DNA of 64,000 nucleotides from positions 124,001 through 188,000 of the forward strand of contig JAYWIR010000031.1 of assembly GCA_036172245.1 (NCBI GenBank), read 5' to 3'. The stretch's first letter is position 1. Every line of letters starts with the position of its first letter. This document shows positions 28,277 to 42,861 of the stretch, in pieces. The position numbers and the translations under genes are program-made. The notes below the pieces were generated by a model that was given only the letters and a program-made list of their open reading frames with translations, searched no databases and was not told the DNA's origin. The stretch is from Raillietiella orientalis. Lineage: Eukaryota.

Positions 28277-28785
28277 CGATCAAAATCCCGAAAGATCTTA
28301 AAAAAAAATACATATGTTCATTAAATAGATTAATAAATAGACTAGAAAAAATTATGTACACACCATATATTCATATACAGATTAAGATACAAATCTATTT
28401 TAACATGCATATTTATTGACGTAATTGATCAGGTGTATCAGGATATATTAGTAATATATATAGGGAAGATTAAAAAATATATATGTGTTTATATTTATCA
28501 TATATATTAATAGGCATGTGCACATATAAGAAATATATATGCAATGAGTATATGAATATGAAATTATAAACATATATATTCATCATACAATCGAAATCCC
28601 GAAAATAGAATTCGTCGCTTCCTGAAAAAAATTCATTTGCTGATGGTTTTCAAAATGATGACAGGAAAATGAAATGGAAAATTTTCTTTCTGGTTTTTCG
28701 ATTTGCTGGCTTTTCATCCCTCCCCCCACTACTTTTAATTGCTACCGTTACTTTTTATGTTTTAAAATTCGATATGTCTAAATTC
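28277..28785 (+). repeat. AT-rich interspersed repeat, copy B (internally shorter)
   Basis: Same start motif and same distal block as 16787-17670, in direct orientation. Confidence 0.85.
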
Positions 28786-28949
28786 GTATATATATATATA
28801 TCTATATATATCTATGTGTGATGTACGTCATTGTGTATGTATATATATACATCAGTGTACATCTCCAGTCCACGTGTTATTATAAACGGCAGCCTTTTTT
28901 TATAGGAGGTTTATACAAGAAGAAACATCGTGAGATGGAATTGAAGACA

Positions 28950-31000
28950 AATCTCGGAATTGGATCGTCGGCCGACAGGACTATCGCGTCTTCAGGATGG
29001 AAATCGCTCCGGGGTTTTGTCACAGGATGGTCGGCCTCTTTCCAGATTTTCGGAAATCCGATACAAGACCGAGCATCCAGAAATTCAGGGAGAGTGAAGA
29101 AGCCTTTCCAAGGGACGGAGGTCTTTTCTAACTTCTGGAAAATCAAGAGAAAAGCTAGGATGGATGACCTTGAAACAACCTCACATGGCCCAGATGAAGA
29201 GGCGGTTCTTTTGGAAAGCGGCCGAGATCTCTTTCTTGCCATGAGGCTGTATGAACGCTGAACGTCTTGCTCTGAATTCCAGAAAAAGAAGGTGGGTTGG
29301 ATGGAGAAAAGGATGGATGCGGGGAAATCTGTACCTGAATGTTTGCCTGAGCGCTATGGTAACCACCGCGAACTTTCCCTGGCCAGCGCCCGTAAAGCCA
29401 TACTAAATGTCGGCGTGCCTGGGAAACTGCATCGTTCGCAAGCTCTCCTCTGGTCTGTTATACCGTACATGGGCATAGAAAAGAAGGCTTGAGCATGTGA
29501 ACAGCGCTCTAGGCAATGGCCATCTTTTAAGCGGCGAGTTCACAGAGATGGAGAAGCTTTTCCTTTTTATTCACTCTATGCTCAGGCTAGTCCACTCTTC
29601 CGAACACGTGTAGTCGGAGAGAAAGAGCCAGAGCAGATATATCCTGGGTTCTTCTTGTACCCTTCAAGAAGTCCAAGGATAGCTGTTGCTGCTGCTGTGA
29701 CTGTCCGTTCTCAGAGGGACGAACGAAGGAAAGGGGAGAAGGAGCAGCCAGTCTCTTTCGACCGTGCTTGAACCGAAGTGGCATTCGGAAATGTGATGCG
29801 TGCATGCAGCGTAAAACAGAACTCCATGGAGAATTTGTAGAAAGATAATTTTCCTTAAAAGTGATGATGGGCTCGAAATACCGACGCTGTGGCCCCATTT
29901 GTTTGCCTCTTTTACTTTTACTGAACCAGCAGATAGCGATTTCTTCGATGTGATGGCTGCTGAGTTGGATTACCAGGCCGGCGGCTACAGACGAGTCGAT
30001 CCAGAATTTCGGCTGCCAAATCAGGATAAGCGTGTGACAGTTGCAGCAAGATGAAGCAACGGAACCAGAGGAAAGAGCTGTCACACCGGGCTTTCTGGGC
30101 ATTTCTCCAACTCCTAGAACACGCCTGCACGGTTTCCTTTGCAAGCAGGGAACTAGATGGCTTTCCTCTTAAGGAGAACTGATGGCTATTTTCCCCGAAA
30201 GACGTTCATACTTTTAACGGAAGGGATCTGCTGACCTTTTTCACCGTTTAAGTGGTCTCAGCGTACACAGAGTGCATCTGCCGTCTATCATGTGATAGCA
30301 TCAAGCAGATTTGAAACAAAGCTTAAAATATTGTCCTCTTTATGCTGGAGAGGCTATCTTTCGACAAGAGCTGCATAATAATTTGAACTCTAATTGCAAG
30401 GCAGAAGCCATCATCCAAGCGCTACTTGGGTTACCAAAGAGGGTTGGCTTGAAAGGCCGAAGCATGGCCTATGATTTTGTAACAGTCAGAAGCGTATCAA
30501 GGAAATAGAGCATGCCAAGCGCTGCACTTCCTCGAAGATCTTGAAAGTGGAGATGAGCTCATCGAGAGCTCACCATGAGTAAGGATGAAGTGTCAGAAAG
30601 GTTTACACAACTAAAGGCGAAAAAAGAGAGCCATCACGGAGACTGGGAAGATCCTGGTGGCCGTATGTTCTTGGGAGAGAAAAGTAAAACAATCCGAAAA
30701 GACCGGTCGGAGAGGCACGGGTGGTTGCGAAACAGATTGGGATGCGTTTCGAAAAATGGAGACCGACATTGAGAAAACCTGTATCTCATTCTGCAGGCTT
30801 TCTGCATCAGCTTCATGTCCTCTGAATCTGCTACCCAGCTTCCGAATTCGTTACCGTAGTTCACAGAGATCCATAGCATTTTTCTCTAGCAAGGGTTGCC
30901 GTTCACATGAAGTTCCTAGGCTCTCAGAGAATCACAGAACCAGGATAGGAAACCTTGAAGAATCACAAGGCGAGAAGACAGACTATTAAGAGATACCCTG
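28950..31000 (+). mobile_element. Highly degraded non-LTR reverse transcriptase remnant
   Basis: Broken motifs in the expected order: FWKIK, GPICL (RPI.L-like), QAG.YR-like, IQALLGLPKRVGLK. Many stops and frameshifts. Confidence 0.35.
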
Positions 31001-32717
31001 AAGGACATGTGATTGAAAGACGAGAGGGTGGTTATGCAGGATGGTTCTTCTGGATCGTTTTCCAGAACGCTTTGCAACTAGAAGGAGTGCTCAGCATCTG
31101 GAATGCTCTTTAAAACAACTCTGTCTGTAGAAATGTGTAAAACAAGTTATGGTGCTTTCAGGGACGGGTGTGCTTTTCTTGTTTTTTCTCTTCTTTTTCG
31201 AAGAATCATCAAACGTGAGGTCGTCTTCATATCTTGTGTTCTTTGCATTCTTGTGATGTCAGGAAAAACACTGACTGCTCTAACTAGAAGTGCGACCTGA
31301 GTCCTTTAAGTTACTCTCCCAGCCACATTTTCGGGTTCTAAAATGCTCGAAAAAGACACCAGCAATTGGGAACCATGGAATCAGAATGATCAAAGACGAA
31401 ATGAAAATCATCGATCTGTGGCCGGGAGGTGTGCAGTCTGATTCTCTAATGGGGTTGTTGGTCGGTTAAACCCAGGAAGCGTTGGAACGGTACTTCTGGA
31501 AATTCAGCATAGTCCCCACAGAAGCGGATTTCAAAAACACAGCCCGAGGCGAAAGTTGAAAAGATTCGTCTCCTCAGGTGGAAAGGTGCAAGTGTTCAAA
31601 TCCGAATGTGGAAAGCAGAAAAGTGTATCAAGTGCTCAGCTCACAATAAAAAGGAAATTCCACTTCCACTTGACCTTGCATCCGCCTTACCTTTGCAGGG
31701 GGTTTGCTTTCCCAACTCATACCAAAAGAACGAACGTTCAAAACGGATTACTTGCGCAAATCGGTAACTTCTATCGCTCTTCAAGTAACACTGCAAGTCC
31801 GGAAAACTCGAATCAAAAATGATCAAAACGCGAAGCATCGAAACAAAGTTCGATCCTTCCGTCCGATTTCAGATGGAATTTCCAATATCAAGTAAGAATG
31901 GAAAACTAAGGAAAACATTTGTGCGGATCATTTCGGGGTGTCTCTTCCAGTATTTGAAGAGATGCTACTTATACAGGATTACTAGTTCAGCACGGAATAC
32001 ATACGCATATGCTTCTGCATGCACACACGCAAGATGACTGTATGTAGCCAGACTTGCAGACAAGGATGAATTGTCTATTTCAAAACACGCCGTTGAGAAA
32101 TACCTAAGACGTGGAACGCACATGTTTCGCGAGAACGAGATGTTCCTTCAATGAAAGAGGACTGGTTTGAACAGATTCGGACAAACGATGCAACCTGTCG
32201 AAGCCATCGTTTTACTTTTGGGCATTCCCTGCCAGCGTAACCTTAGCACTCACAGGAAGGGACTATTACAAGCACTGGAAATTCCGAATCCTGCTTCAGA
32301 ACTAAGCACGTTTGGGCTGCACACGAAAAGCAGACGGAAGAAAATAATGGCATAAAAGATCACAGCGAATGTGGCTTCAAGACAGAGAAATCGGGAATTG
32401 CTATGCAGCTGGGAGACCCTTTGGAAAGACGTCCTTCTTAACCGGAGTGGTAAGGTACAAATGTTGTACTCACGTCAACTGTACTCTCGTACAGACCAAA
32501 TGGACTTCTCCTAGAGCATATATAGGAGAAAAGATGACATCCAGGACTCCAACTTTGTTGAAACACCTCGCGTCGAAAATTCGGACCGACTGAAAAGATG
32601 AGCTCAAACGAACCTTAATTTCTACAAACACAGTTCTTTGCACATGATAGACTCCAAGGTGTATTTGCAAACGCAATATGATTTTATCTATGCAGATGCA
32701 CTTTTTATCGTGATCGT

Positions 32718-32752
<35 letters not shown>

Positions 32753-33899
32753 CCTTTCATACTAACTACGAGATGCATCATTGCTCGAATCGAACACAGT
32801 AATACTGCTTAGAAACACCTGGAAGAGTAAGTGGAAAAAGTTCTATGAGAAGCTCCTCGAAAAAAGGGAACACATTTCACTTTCTTTCCCTTTAAAAAGA
32901 AAGAAAGCAACAAAGGAAACAAAAGGTAATAAAAGAAATGTAGATCCGATTTGAAATGATTCCTGAGATGCATTAAAATGATGTCAGCTGATGTTACATA
33001 TTCCATGCGTTGAAGACCCTGATTTTGGAAAAATGACTTCCGGCCTTGATATCTGGTTCATTTTTCTCATTCATGTCTGTTTACTGGGAAATATTTAATA
33101 GAACGGTTTTCATGACGCAGGTTACTGACGATGCGTTCGTAGATCGTAATTTAACATGACGGCTGCCACGACGGTTTCCGACACAGTTCGACGTTTCTTT
33201 TCCCATTGCGCATGGATATGTTTAGCAAGATTACACACCACAAGAAAAAACTCGTGTTCGTCATGACGACTGCACCATCAACTGGAAGATGCAATCGGGC
33301 AGTCTTGCCTGAAGACTGGGCAAACGAAACAACCAAATGGCAAACACCTTTGCGTATCTGAAGGGCACAAGGCGAAGACGATGTCAAAGGCGTACATGGA
33401 AGGACTGATCCCTTCCGAAAAAGGGTATCTTGTTCCATGTGTCGCATGGAAATCCCAGATCCCGTGCAGGTGGTCAGGTATTCTAATGACCTGTATGACC
33501 CACGTAGGAAAAAAATCTTTGTTAAGGTTTGGTTCAGAATACAAGAAAAAATGCCGCCAGTGCAGTTTTTTTCAATCGTCAATCTAAGATTATGTTTCCG
33601 CAAGCAAACTGATTTTACGATCTCTGGTCTTCGAAAAGCACACTAAAAATTTATCTACCTCTCAAGAAACCATTTCCGTGCCTTCCAAGATCTGAGCTTT
33701 TCTGATTGCCTGATAGTTTGGAGAGCAGACGATTGTAGGTGTGCATGTAAAAATGCAAACGGATTGCTCGCTTTCGAGACATTACTTTCCTCCTATCTAA
33801 ATGTACAAGAATATTGAATATATACCAAAACAGCATACTTATGTACTCGTTAAATGAAGAACAGATAGCGAATGTATCAGCACATGAATGCTAGGCTCG

Positions 33900-35000
33900 A
33901 GTATGCAGAGCCGAAGCAGTAACTTCGATTTTCAGGAATATTTAGAGTGCCCAAATGAATAATGAAGAGTAGTTGATCAACACAGAGAATAATGTCAAGC
34001 TTTCCTGGTTGCTACCCACATTGGAAACCAGCAGCAAAATACACTTGAATCCGGAAAAAACGGTAAGATTAAAAAACAGTGGATGGCCTTGATATGGATT
34101 GTGTGAATCATAACTATTCTGAAATCTTCTGCAGATGGTTCCTGCAAGCTGAGTGAAATCTGTCCGCAAATCATCAGTGCAAGATGCGGTGGGACGCGAA
34201 GTGAAAATTAAAAGTTATTTCTACAATCATAAAACACATACTGAAAAAGCAGGCTACTGAAATGTCATAAAGCAATGCAAAACCGCATTTTAACATATTA
34301 GGTGACACACTTGTCCTGGTCGAATTCTCAAGCAAGTATAGTACAAAGTTACATCGGGACGATTTCGAAAAAGCATCATCAAAGCTAGTCTTTACAGAAT
34401 CTGAAACGACAGAGTTGTCATTCTGAATCCACAAATTCAACTTCAAACCCAAAATTATATTTACGAATACTCCAGCAATCAGCACTCATTTCTTTCCATA
34501 GTGGCGAAAATCCAGTTCACAATTTCCAGTGCCATTTAACACAGATAAAAACGAAATAGCTATCTATATCTTCATTGAAAAATATCTCTGTTCTATATTA
34601 TTTTCCGTTTTTCCAACCGCTCGAAGACTTGATGTTGGTAGACACTGAAACCACCGAGAAATTTTCGGCTTGCCATATATGACTGTTCCGACATTCCTCT
34701 AAGTTAGCCTTTTCCATTAGGAATGAAACGTGAAAAACGCCAAACCGAAGAGTTTTAAAACAGATTACTTAATTACTACCGAAACTATTATGAAAGACCA
34801 AAAGTTTCCCAATGAACAAACTGCGCCATAAGAACGTTATGTTCAACTTTCTACAAGTACTTCATACTGTTGCAGCCACCAACCAGAGATTGATGCGAGA
34901 GATTCTCTGAACGCCAGTGGAGGAGCAATCGACTACAGTCGTCTTTCGATAAGCTTCATTCCCTCAACTGGGAACTTTCCAGTAAATACTGGTGTGCAAG
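33900..35000 (+). mobile_element. Degraded hAT-like transposase remnant
   Basis: MRWDA (TRW.S-like) near 34185, and FPN...ILLQPPT..CERFS...RLQSS (hAT dimerization-domain-like) near 34805-34960. Confidence 0.3.
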
Positions 35001-36799
35001 AAGTGTCGCAGATGTGAGCAATGCTTCCACAGAGCCTTTTCGTTGCCATATGCCTTCAGCACATGGCAACGAAAGCTTGCCGGTTGTGAGCAGATTCCGT
35101 GCAGGACCGAGCGCTTCGTTGCGTCGGCTGCCTGGACCATTCTCCCGTCTCACGAAGCTTCACGAGCACGTCTTGAAGAGTGATCGTCGGCATAATAAAA
35201 TTCATACCGAGAGAGCGAAGGAAAGGAAAGGCTACCGCGCTCTCTCGTCGCTGGAAACTACAATTCCTGGCAGAGCATCTTCTGCGATGACTCTTTGCTT
35301 CCTGATGTTCGCCTCTTGACACGGGCCTCCACAGGAAGTTCACCGACGGGAAAGGGAAGCTGAAGACACGAGGGAAGCACGCCGGGATGAAGTGCGCGCC
35401 AACCTCCAACGCAGCCCACGCCCGAAACAAAAAAGCGCACCAGCAGTTTCGCGAACCGACTGCGAGCGGAAGCTTTCGTCCTTCCAGCGGGGAAGACTGT
35501 TCGACGGGGGTTCGTTTCTTTTCGTGTCGTTCCGATTGCTTGACATCAGCTCAGCCCCTTCCGACTGCACTCTTCCGCACGATCCCTCCGCTCTTTCCGC
35601 AGTCATGCAGGAACAATCCTTGCGGATAAAGCTTTTTCTTCGCCTCTGGAGGAAGAACGGCTAGGAGGGAAATCCACCAGGAACAGAAAGGGAACGACAA
35701 CGCGAGAAAAATGCTCTCTCGACACTTTCGTCAAGTCTCCGCCTGATGTCCATCGACCGTTCCAGAACTCGATTCGCAAACGCGGAACCCTAATCCACTC
35801 GAGGACGGTCTTCCTGCTTTCTTCAACAGTCCAGAGAGTCACCTCAGAGATTCGCTGCGGCATCACGGAAGAAAACGGCTTCACTCTTCTACGCGGGAAC
35901 CAAAGCTGCAGAAGGATGCGAACATGCTCGGCTTCGACCCCTCTTTCCTTGAATACGCTACCTGCTTCGGTTCGCTGGAGCTGAAGCAACCCTCCGTGAC
36001 AACGGTCTCGTCCTTGCAATCGATTCCTGCAAGGTTGCACGCTTTGCTAGGCAAAAGCGTTTTTCCTTTTGTTCCTTCTGGCTCCGTGGCGTGTGCAAAG
36101 AAGCGTTAAGAAACTGCAAGAATCGGTGGGGCCAGGAAGACAGGCTGTTCGGAATGCACACGCAGCTTTCCATTTGCATCGGCAGCGCGGCTACGACGGC
36201 GAGTTCGCGCGCTGTCGCGACATCAGGCGTGTTGTGGGCGAACTTCTACCAGAAATCCGCAGCATCCAATAAGGGCAGAACGAAGCATGACGTCAATCTT
36301 TCGTTTTGACAAGCTCCGGATTCCCGCATCACCTTCTGCTGAGAGAACAGATCCATCGCTATCACGGCATCCATAGCTCCCGGCTAACGGAACGGACTCG
36401 CAAGACACGGGAGCTCATGAAGCACAGGAAGCTCCGTGCGCCAAGGCGCTTTGCTCATCGCGCAGTCCTCAAGAATCCACCACCAACGACTTTGGACGGG
36501 GTTTCCGGGCATTTTTCCAGCCCGGAGCTGCATTCTGCCTCGCTCAGGCGTGCCATGGCACCGCTGAGACGCGCGCTCTGCAGCCACAGCAGAAGTACAC
36601 GATGTGTTCTCGTTCCTCCTTTCACCGTGTCTCATTCAAGGATGCAGCTCACCACCGATGCATCCAAACAACCGGAGGTCGCAAGCACACACTCGGTAGT
36701 ACTCCAGCAAGAATAAACAGAGTGGACATCTTTGACTTTGTCCGTGCAGTAGTCGATGTTTGCGCAATTTTCAAAGAGGAAATTTGTATGCGTTATGCG

Positions 36800-38900
36800 A
36801 GTAGATTAGCAAAAAAGACATTCCTGCAGCTTCGCTCTCGGATACGTCAGTGCATCTCGCACGCGGATGCCAGGGAGGCCAACGAGCGACCTGAAAAAAC
36901 CAATCAACTTGCCCGGGCGACGGCCCGTCGATGCGTTTCTCTTATGGCATAGTGGTAACTCGACTTGCCTTCGTCAGCCGTGCTGCATGACGTCGACATC
37001 ACTCGAGATTTCCGAGTTCGTCGAAGTTTGACGTTCCAAACGAGCAATCCTTCTCTTCTACGAAGGCAAACCGCTCCGGACGGCAAAGGTCAAACGTGAC
37101 GGCAGCTGAGCATAGTGAACGGAGCTGCTGCGCACTGGAGATTCCGGTGTGATAGCTCTTTGCGGAAAAGGGAGCTGTTCGTTAAGGAGAGGACTGTGGA
37201 GAGAACGCCGTTTAGGGCTCGAGTGGTCCGGCCCAGTGTCCATGGACAACGAGGGGCCAACGTGGAATTCCCCGGCCACGTAGCGAAAGGCATGGAGGAC
37301 AACGCAGACCGTGGACGCGAATGGCTCGATCGGGCCGACCGAGCCAGCTGCGTAAGGGACATCGCGCTGAACGGTGTCATCGCTGTCTTGTCGCTCTGTA
37401 CGAATGCGGGATCCGGCAGAAGAGTGTGCGCGCACACCAGCTGCGCTCGTGCTGCTGGAGCACATCGAAGATGAAAAGACGACACTGCCCTTGGCACCGT
37501 GCGAGACATCTCTGCAGAGCAACCGTCCCAAGCACTTGTACACGCAACTTGCCAATTCCCTTCCAAGCCTGTGCAAGCCTCGACTTCCTTGCAAGAAACC
37601 GAGCAAACCGAAACGCCTCTGCACCACCAACTGGTGGCACGCAGCCGTGCAGGGTTCACCGAAGGATCTAGAAGCTGTCCGCTGGCGAGTGCGCTCTCTC
37701 GGCCAGCGTGTGCTCTTCCGAACCGAGGCGGGCTGCACGTGGAATCCGTTCCTTTGCGATCGACGAGGATGCACCTTCAGGGATCGTGGAGGATGGCGAC
37801 GTGTATGTGCGTGTGCGTAGAAGTCTTCGCACACCCTAGCAACGCTTACAATCGGGCATAAGGAAGGATAACAGCATCGCTCGTTTTTTTCCATCTGATA
37901 CACCGAAATGCGCGATTCCAGTTTGCATTCAGAAATAAGAAGGGCACGGACTTATTAAAGATTCCACGCACACCTTCATCCTGATGCGTATCGTCCCGAA
38001 AAAGAGGAACCGATTCAAGTTGCATCCTCCCGTGTTTTGCACGGGGGTCGAGAACGCGCTTTTGTCTTGGTCGCCGCGGCAGTCGCGACAGCTTCCTTGG
38101 TTGCGAGTCTGCTCTGTCGTCTTCCTGGTCTTTGATGCGGTTGCAACTCACCGGCCGACTCGCTGCTTCCACCAGGATGTATGTGTGCGTTGCTCTGCTT
38201 AGCCGAATCACGCGGAAAATCCCCTCTCTACCAAATCGGAATGTGCAAAGGCAATGCCCGCCTCCGTTGCTATCGGACCTGGAAGATGCGATTCTTCGTT
38301 TGTTTACTATGTTCTTCTCGCGTATCGGCAGCAAGGATCTAACTTCAATCGCAATCTGGGCCTCTCATCTCTCGTTTCAAGATCTTTCTTAACTCAGGCT
38401 CAATTGATATTCTCCGCGTCCATCGCCGGTGCAGAGGGGACTGCGATGAACAGCCTGGCCTAGATGTCACCGTCAGGGGATCTGCTTCCTAGGAGCATCG
38501 AATCGCGAAAAATGGCGTTCTGTATCGCTTTCTGGAAGTCGATTCACTCGATCGCTTGATGTTCCGATTCGGGCGGCACCCGAAAACTAGGACTGACGGG
38601 GACGAAAAGGGGCGCTCTGGAATTCTCTTGGAGAAAGTCCCAATTTCTTTCTGGTGGATGATTCCTTCGGATATGCTGAGCCGAATGGGCTGTTTTGTAT
38701 GCGGCGGCCCGAAGCATCTTGTGAGGGGCACGAACGTCACAGTGGGCGAGGGATCCGAGTCGGTGACTCGCTGTCCGATCTTCGAAGGAGATCCGAAACA
38801 GATGTATCCATCAGTTTCGACACAATGAACTTTCTGGTCCGACTCCGTGTACAAGTGATTTGCATATACATCGCTGTGCTTCTGCAAAAAGTGCTAGCAG
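36800..38900 (+). mobile_element. Highly degraded APE-RT LINE remnant
   Basis: Ordered, frameshifted motif remnants: NADRGREWLD...ALNG (APE-like), WW (linker), ILRLFTMFFSRIG...W (RT N-terminus), GIRVGDSLS (QGD.LSP-like). Confidence 0.45.
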
Positions 38901-39989
38901 AATGCCGTGCATGCCGATTAGAAGATCAGATGGCTATCAAACTGCAATTTAAATACTGGAAATGAGGTGGATTGGATATGTTACGGAATTATTGTAAACG
39001 GAAACAAAGTGGAATATAAATGAAAGGAATTTTTGAAAGAGACTCGAACGATTTCTGCATCCCTCAAGGCTCAACATCGCGAGCATATTTGACATTTGTT
39101 ATCCTTCATGCTTATCAGCTGCCCTCTCCCTTTGCATGATGTAGGAATCGTTATATAGTGCAATTATTGAAGTTAAATACTAATTTTGTTTATCATAATA
39201 GTATACGACAGCATATAGTTACAATTATGGTTTCGAGTATTCGAAAATCCTACGATGCTGTAGGTGTTTGCTTCTACGTGAAGCTCTCCAGTTTTCTAAA
39301 CAGCAACTCTATAGGACTATGAGTTCCTCTGAACATAGAAACGCTGAAAGTAGTTGGTTTTGTGCAAGTTTTTTGTGCATCCCTAACTAGTCAACGGATT
39401 GCTTGTCTCTTCTCCGTTTTTCCGAAGCGGATAGCAATTTCTAGAGTATGAGTACACTGCCATTGCAGTCACTTGAGTTTTTCTTAGAGAAAGGTGAACT
39501 TGCATGTTTGAGTTTTCTCGGTGATGAGGATACTTTCTCGTTAGGAAAGGGATGCAAATCTGACATTTCGGTAAGGAAATTAGTGGAATCGAGCCGATAA
39601 TTGATACATTCATCAGAATGTGAAAGATGAATTTGCTGATATCAGAGTGTAGCAAAAGAGGATGTCAGTTCGTTTGCTCCCATCAAAGCTTCTGTTCATT
39701 AACTCGGAATTAAGTTTGACACTTATGTGAAAAATTGGTCTTCAAAGCACTGCCTTTTTGGATCTACTAAAACAGCATTACACAGTGGGCACGGACAGCT
39801 GGACTTTGAGGGAAGCCCCGCGCGCCAAAGGCGCAGCAAAAAGCTACAGCCGCGGCCGCGTTAATGAACAGCGCCTTCGCTATCGCCCGCTGCGAGAGGG
39901 AAGCGGTTGACGCTGAGGCTGTGAAAGCGGCTTTGGCGCCGGCGGCAACCTTCGCTCACGCGGAAACAGCATTAGGCTGCCACCAACAA

Positions 39990-40970
39990 AAAAAGCAGAC
40001 GAAACACCTGTCACGCGCTCAGCGCTCATACTCCGACGTCGAGTCCGACGGCAGCGCAAAAGTGCGCCAAGTCCCGGGGCAACCATGAGCTGCGCGCAAG
40101 CCGAAACTTGGCATGCGCGAGCTTGATGCCGGGAACGATTCCGATGCTCCTCGGAGCACGAGGCAATGCTTCTCGACTCCAAAGAGCCAGCCGCGTGAGG
40201 TGTGGCGGATGCCGGGAGCAGTTCCTCTCCCCAATCTGCCGTTGTCCCGGCTGATCCCCTGTTCCAGGGAGATCTGGGCGGGCGTTGCTGGGGAGTCCCC
40301 AATGCAACACCAGAAACGCCGACTCCTGCCATTTCAGGGGGAGGGCCCGGGTCTTCCTCAGCACTGGGGACCACTCGAGTACATCCAGCGGGATGCTCAG
40401 CAGCTCGCCCCAGCGCGATAGTCCTTTCGGTGGGGCACTTGGGGTCGCAGAGTCAGTTAGCTGGCCCGTGGTCCAACCACCTTGTTCTCTCTCTCTTCAC
40501 GAGATTCTGCATCGGACCTCCCGATTGGCCTGCTGACTACTGCCCAGGTGTTCCCTAAGGTAGGGCAGAGCCGCGCCTAGGAGGGTCCTCTCAGCTCACG
40601 CACTCGATGCGGGCTCCACGATGATGTCCTGCAGCGAGCTGCTGCTGTAAAAGGAGTGCAGCAATCGCTGCCGCAACTCCGGGCTCGCTTCCTCCTACTG
40701 AGTCCATGTGCGAAGGCTTTCCTGCAACCAAGTAGTGCCGTTCGCGGGCCGGCAGGAGATCCAGGTGTTCATCTTGGTCAGCTTGACCACTCGCCAAAGC
40801 TCCAGTCCGCAGTGGAACAGGTACCGATGTTTGTGGCGCGCTAGGAAGGTAGACAGTGTCGCGCAGCCGCTGGGTCGCGGAACCAGGTATCGTGCTGGTT
40901 GGCACCAGCTGGTGCTCCACGACTTCGCCATTAGGTCGGAGCTGCTGGTGCTGCACTGGGATCTCCCCTG
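39990..40970 (-). mobile_element. Possible 3' fragment of an L1/Tx1-like element
   Basis: GC-rich island with a broken reading frame, including WSPVLRKTRALPLKWQESAFLVLHWGLPSNAR, which resembles the zf-RVT-preceding region. The cysteine motif is not intact. Confidence 0.3.
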
Positions 40971-42861
40971 CAACAATTTCAAACTACAAAAACGTTCAAC
41001 CACAAAGTACACCAAGAACGCAGAACAAGAACCATCTGTTGCTTTATTCTTATATTTTCATACGGAACAGCTTATATGACGCACATACACACAAAAGAAA
41101 ATTCTTTATTTCCAACTTAATCTTTATCTAATATTTGTTCCTCTTGGTATACATTCGTGTCTCGAGCAACTACCTAATTTAGACCGACATGAAATGAAGA
41201 AAAGTCAGTCATAATTTATTTCTGTTCTTGATTAGGAAAGATTGCTTTAGGTGTATGTATTCGCTGAAGTTGTTTTTACGAATATTGGGATGCACCGCTG
41301 CTTTCAGTAATCCAATAAATATGCGCTGTGTTTTCACTGAACTTATTTATGAAACGAATCGTTTAGAAAACTTTTCCAACAGATGTCCGAATTTTCAAAT
41401 GCTCACAAATTTTATTATTCACTGAAGCTGAAATGTTAATCAAATTTGCAGGTACCAAGAGCTATTTAGTTCGAGATTATTGATTCAAAATGAATTTATG
41501 GAAGATTTGCGTCCAAAGATAAAAAATAACTATAATAAGCATCAGGGAGAAGATTCGATCCAGATACGAAGTCCGAAATACTGATTTTTTTTATTAATAT
41601 GAATCAAAGAAAATAGAAATTCTGTAAACCAAATGATATGAAGACAAAAAAACAAAAAAAAAAAGGTGAAATTCACTTTCAAAAAAAAAATGACTGAAAT
41701 GAAGAGGGATTTTACCAAACATCCATGCGTCTCAGCATGTTAAAGGTATTCTTTTTATAATATTTTAAACACTCGAAGCTAAGTTTAAACTAAATCGAAT
41801 CAACTAAAAAGTAGGTTGATAAGGCCCATACAAAAAGTAGATGGCTAATCTCTAAACGAAGATTATTTGACCCTTGATCTTCTTCTCATCAAATTATGCG
41901 TACAATTTCAAAGGTATTAATATTTATCATCTTAATCCAATGAGAACAGAAATACATAACAACGGTCCCGAAAGAGCATAGCCGTAAGGTTCTAATTCCA
42001 GGGCTAGAGTTTCGAAATTCCGTATATGAATGCTAAGATTATGAACAACTGATTTAATTTATGCTCTATTTCTAATAATGAAAACCCTATTTTCTTTTTC
42101 ATATGCATTAAATATTGGATTTACTTTGGAAGTTCTATGCATTTTGGCAAAGTTATGTTTCCGTACAATTTCTGAAAAGAAATTTCATTGATATGACACG
42201 GAAAGTAATATGAATGTTGAAATTGTTTGTTTTCAACTATCAAAGTTAAGTTATAGGCAAAGTAGGATCACAAAACAAGTTTTGATCAAAGCATGTCAAT
42301 AAAAAATAAAGATGCAATGGTTTCTCTTTTAAACTGAATGAATTACAATATACATGACATGCATTTGAAAGGGTAAACGCTTAATGCGAGCACAAATTTC
42401 TGAACATTTTAATTCTAGTGGAATACTTGAAGGAGTCTTTAGTTTATAAAAAATTCAGCAGTTTCTGAATCTCACTGTAATAATTATAATGAATAGTAAA
42501 TCTATGGATACATATCCTAGAAATTGCAAATTTTGAAATTTATGATTCCGTATTCGAAAGATTAGTAACGAATAATTCCCATATGAGATCAATACTCCGC
42601 ATTAATATGTAGTGAATGTTTAATACTTGAATTCATCCATTGGACTTGCTCTCGAATGCAAACCTGGTAGCCATGTTAGTGTGGTGCTATGGTGTAATTG
42701 GATGGAAATTGTGATCTCATTTAGCGAAAATGGAAAGTAAGAAAATGCTGTCAGAATCAGGAAAAGTTGTGTGGATGGTGATAAAATTGATGTAACAAGT
42801 AAAAGAAAACTGAATCTCATCTGTATATCATAACTTTGCTTCCAAATTTTCTAATTTAGCA

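Noticed and set aside
40695..41015. GTTWLQE resembling the sulfotransferase PKSGTTW motif
   Set aside because: The catalytic Lys context is missing, a stop follows soon after, and the flanks look more like a decayed retroelement.
42683..42705. tRNA-like start (GGTGCTATGGTGTAATTGG)
   Set aside because: No B-box/T-arm or cloverleaf follows.
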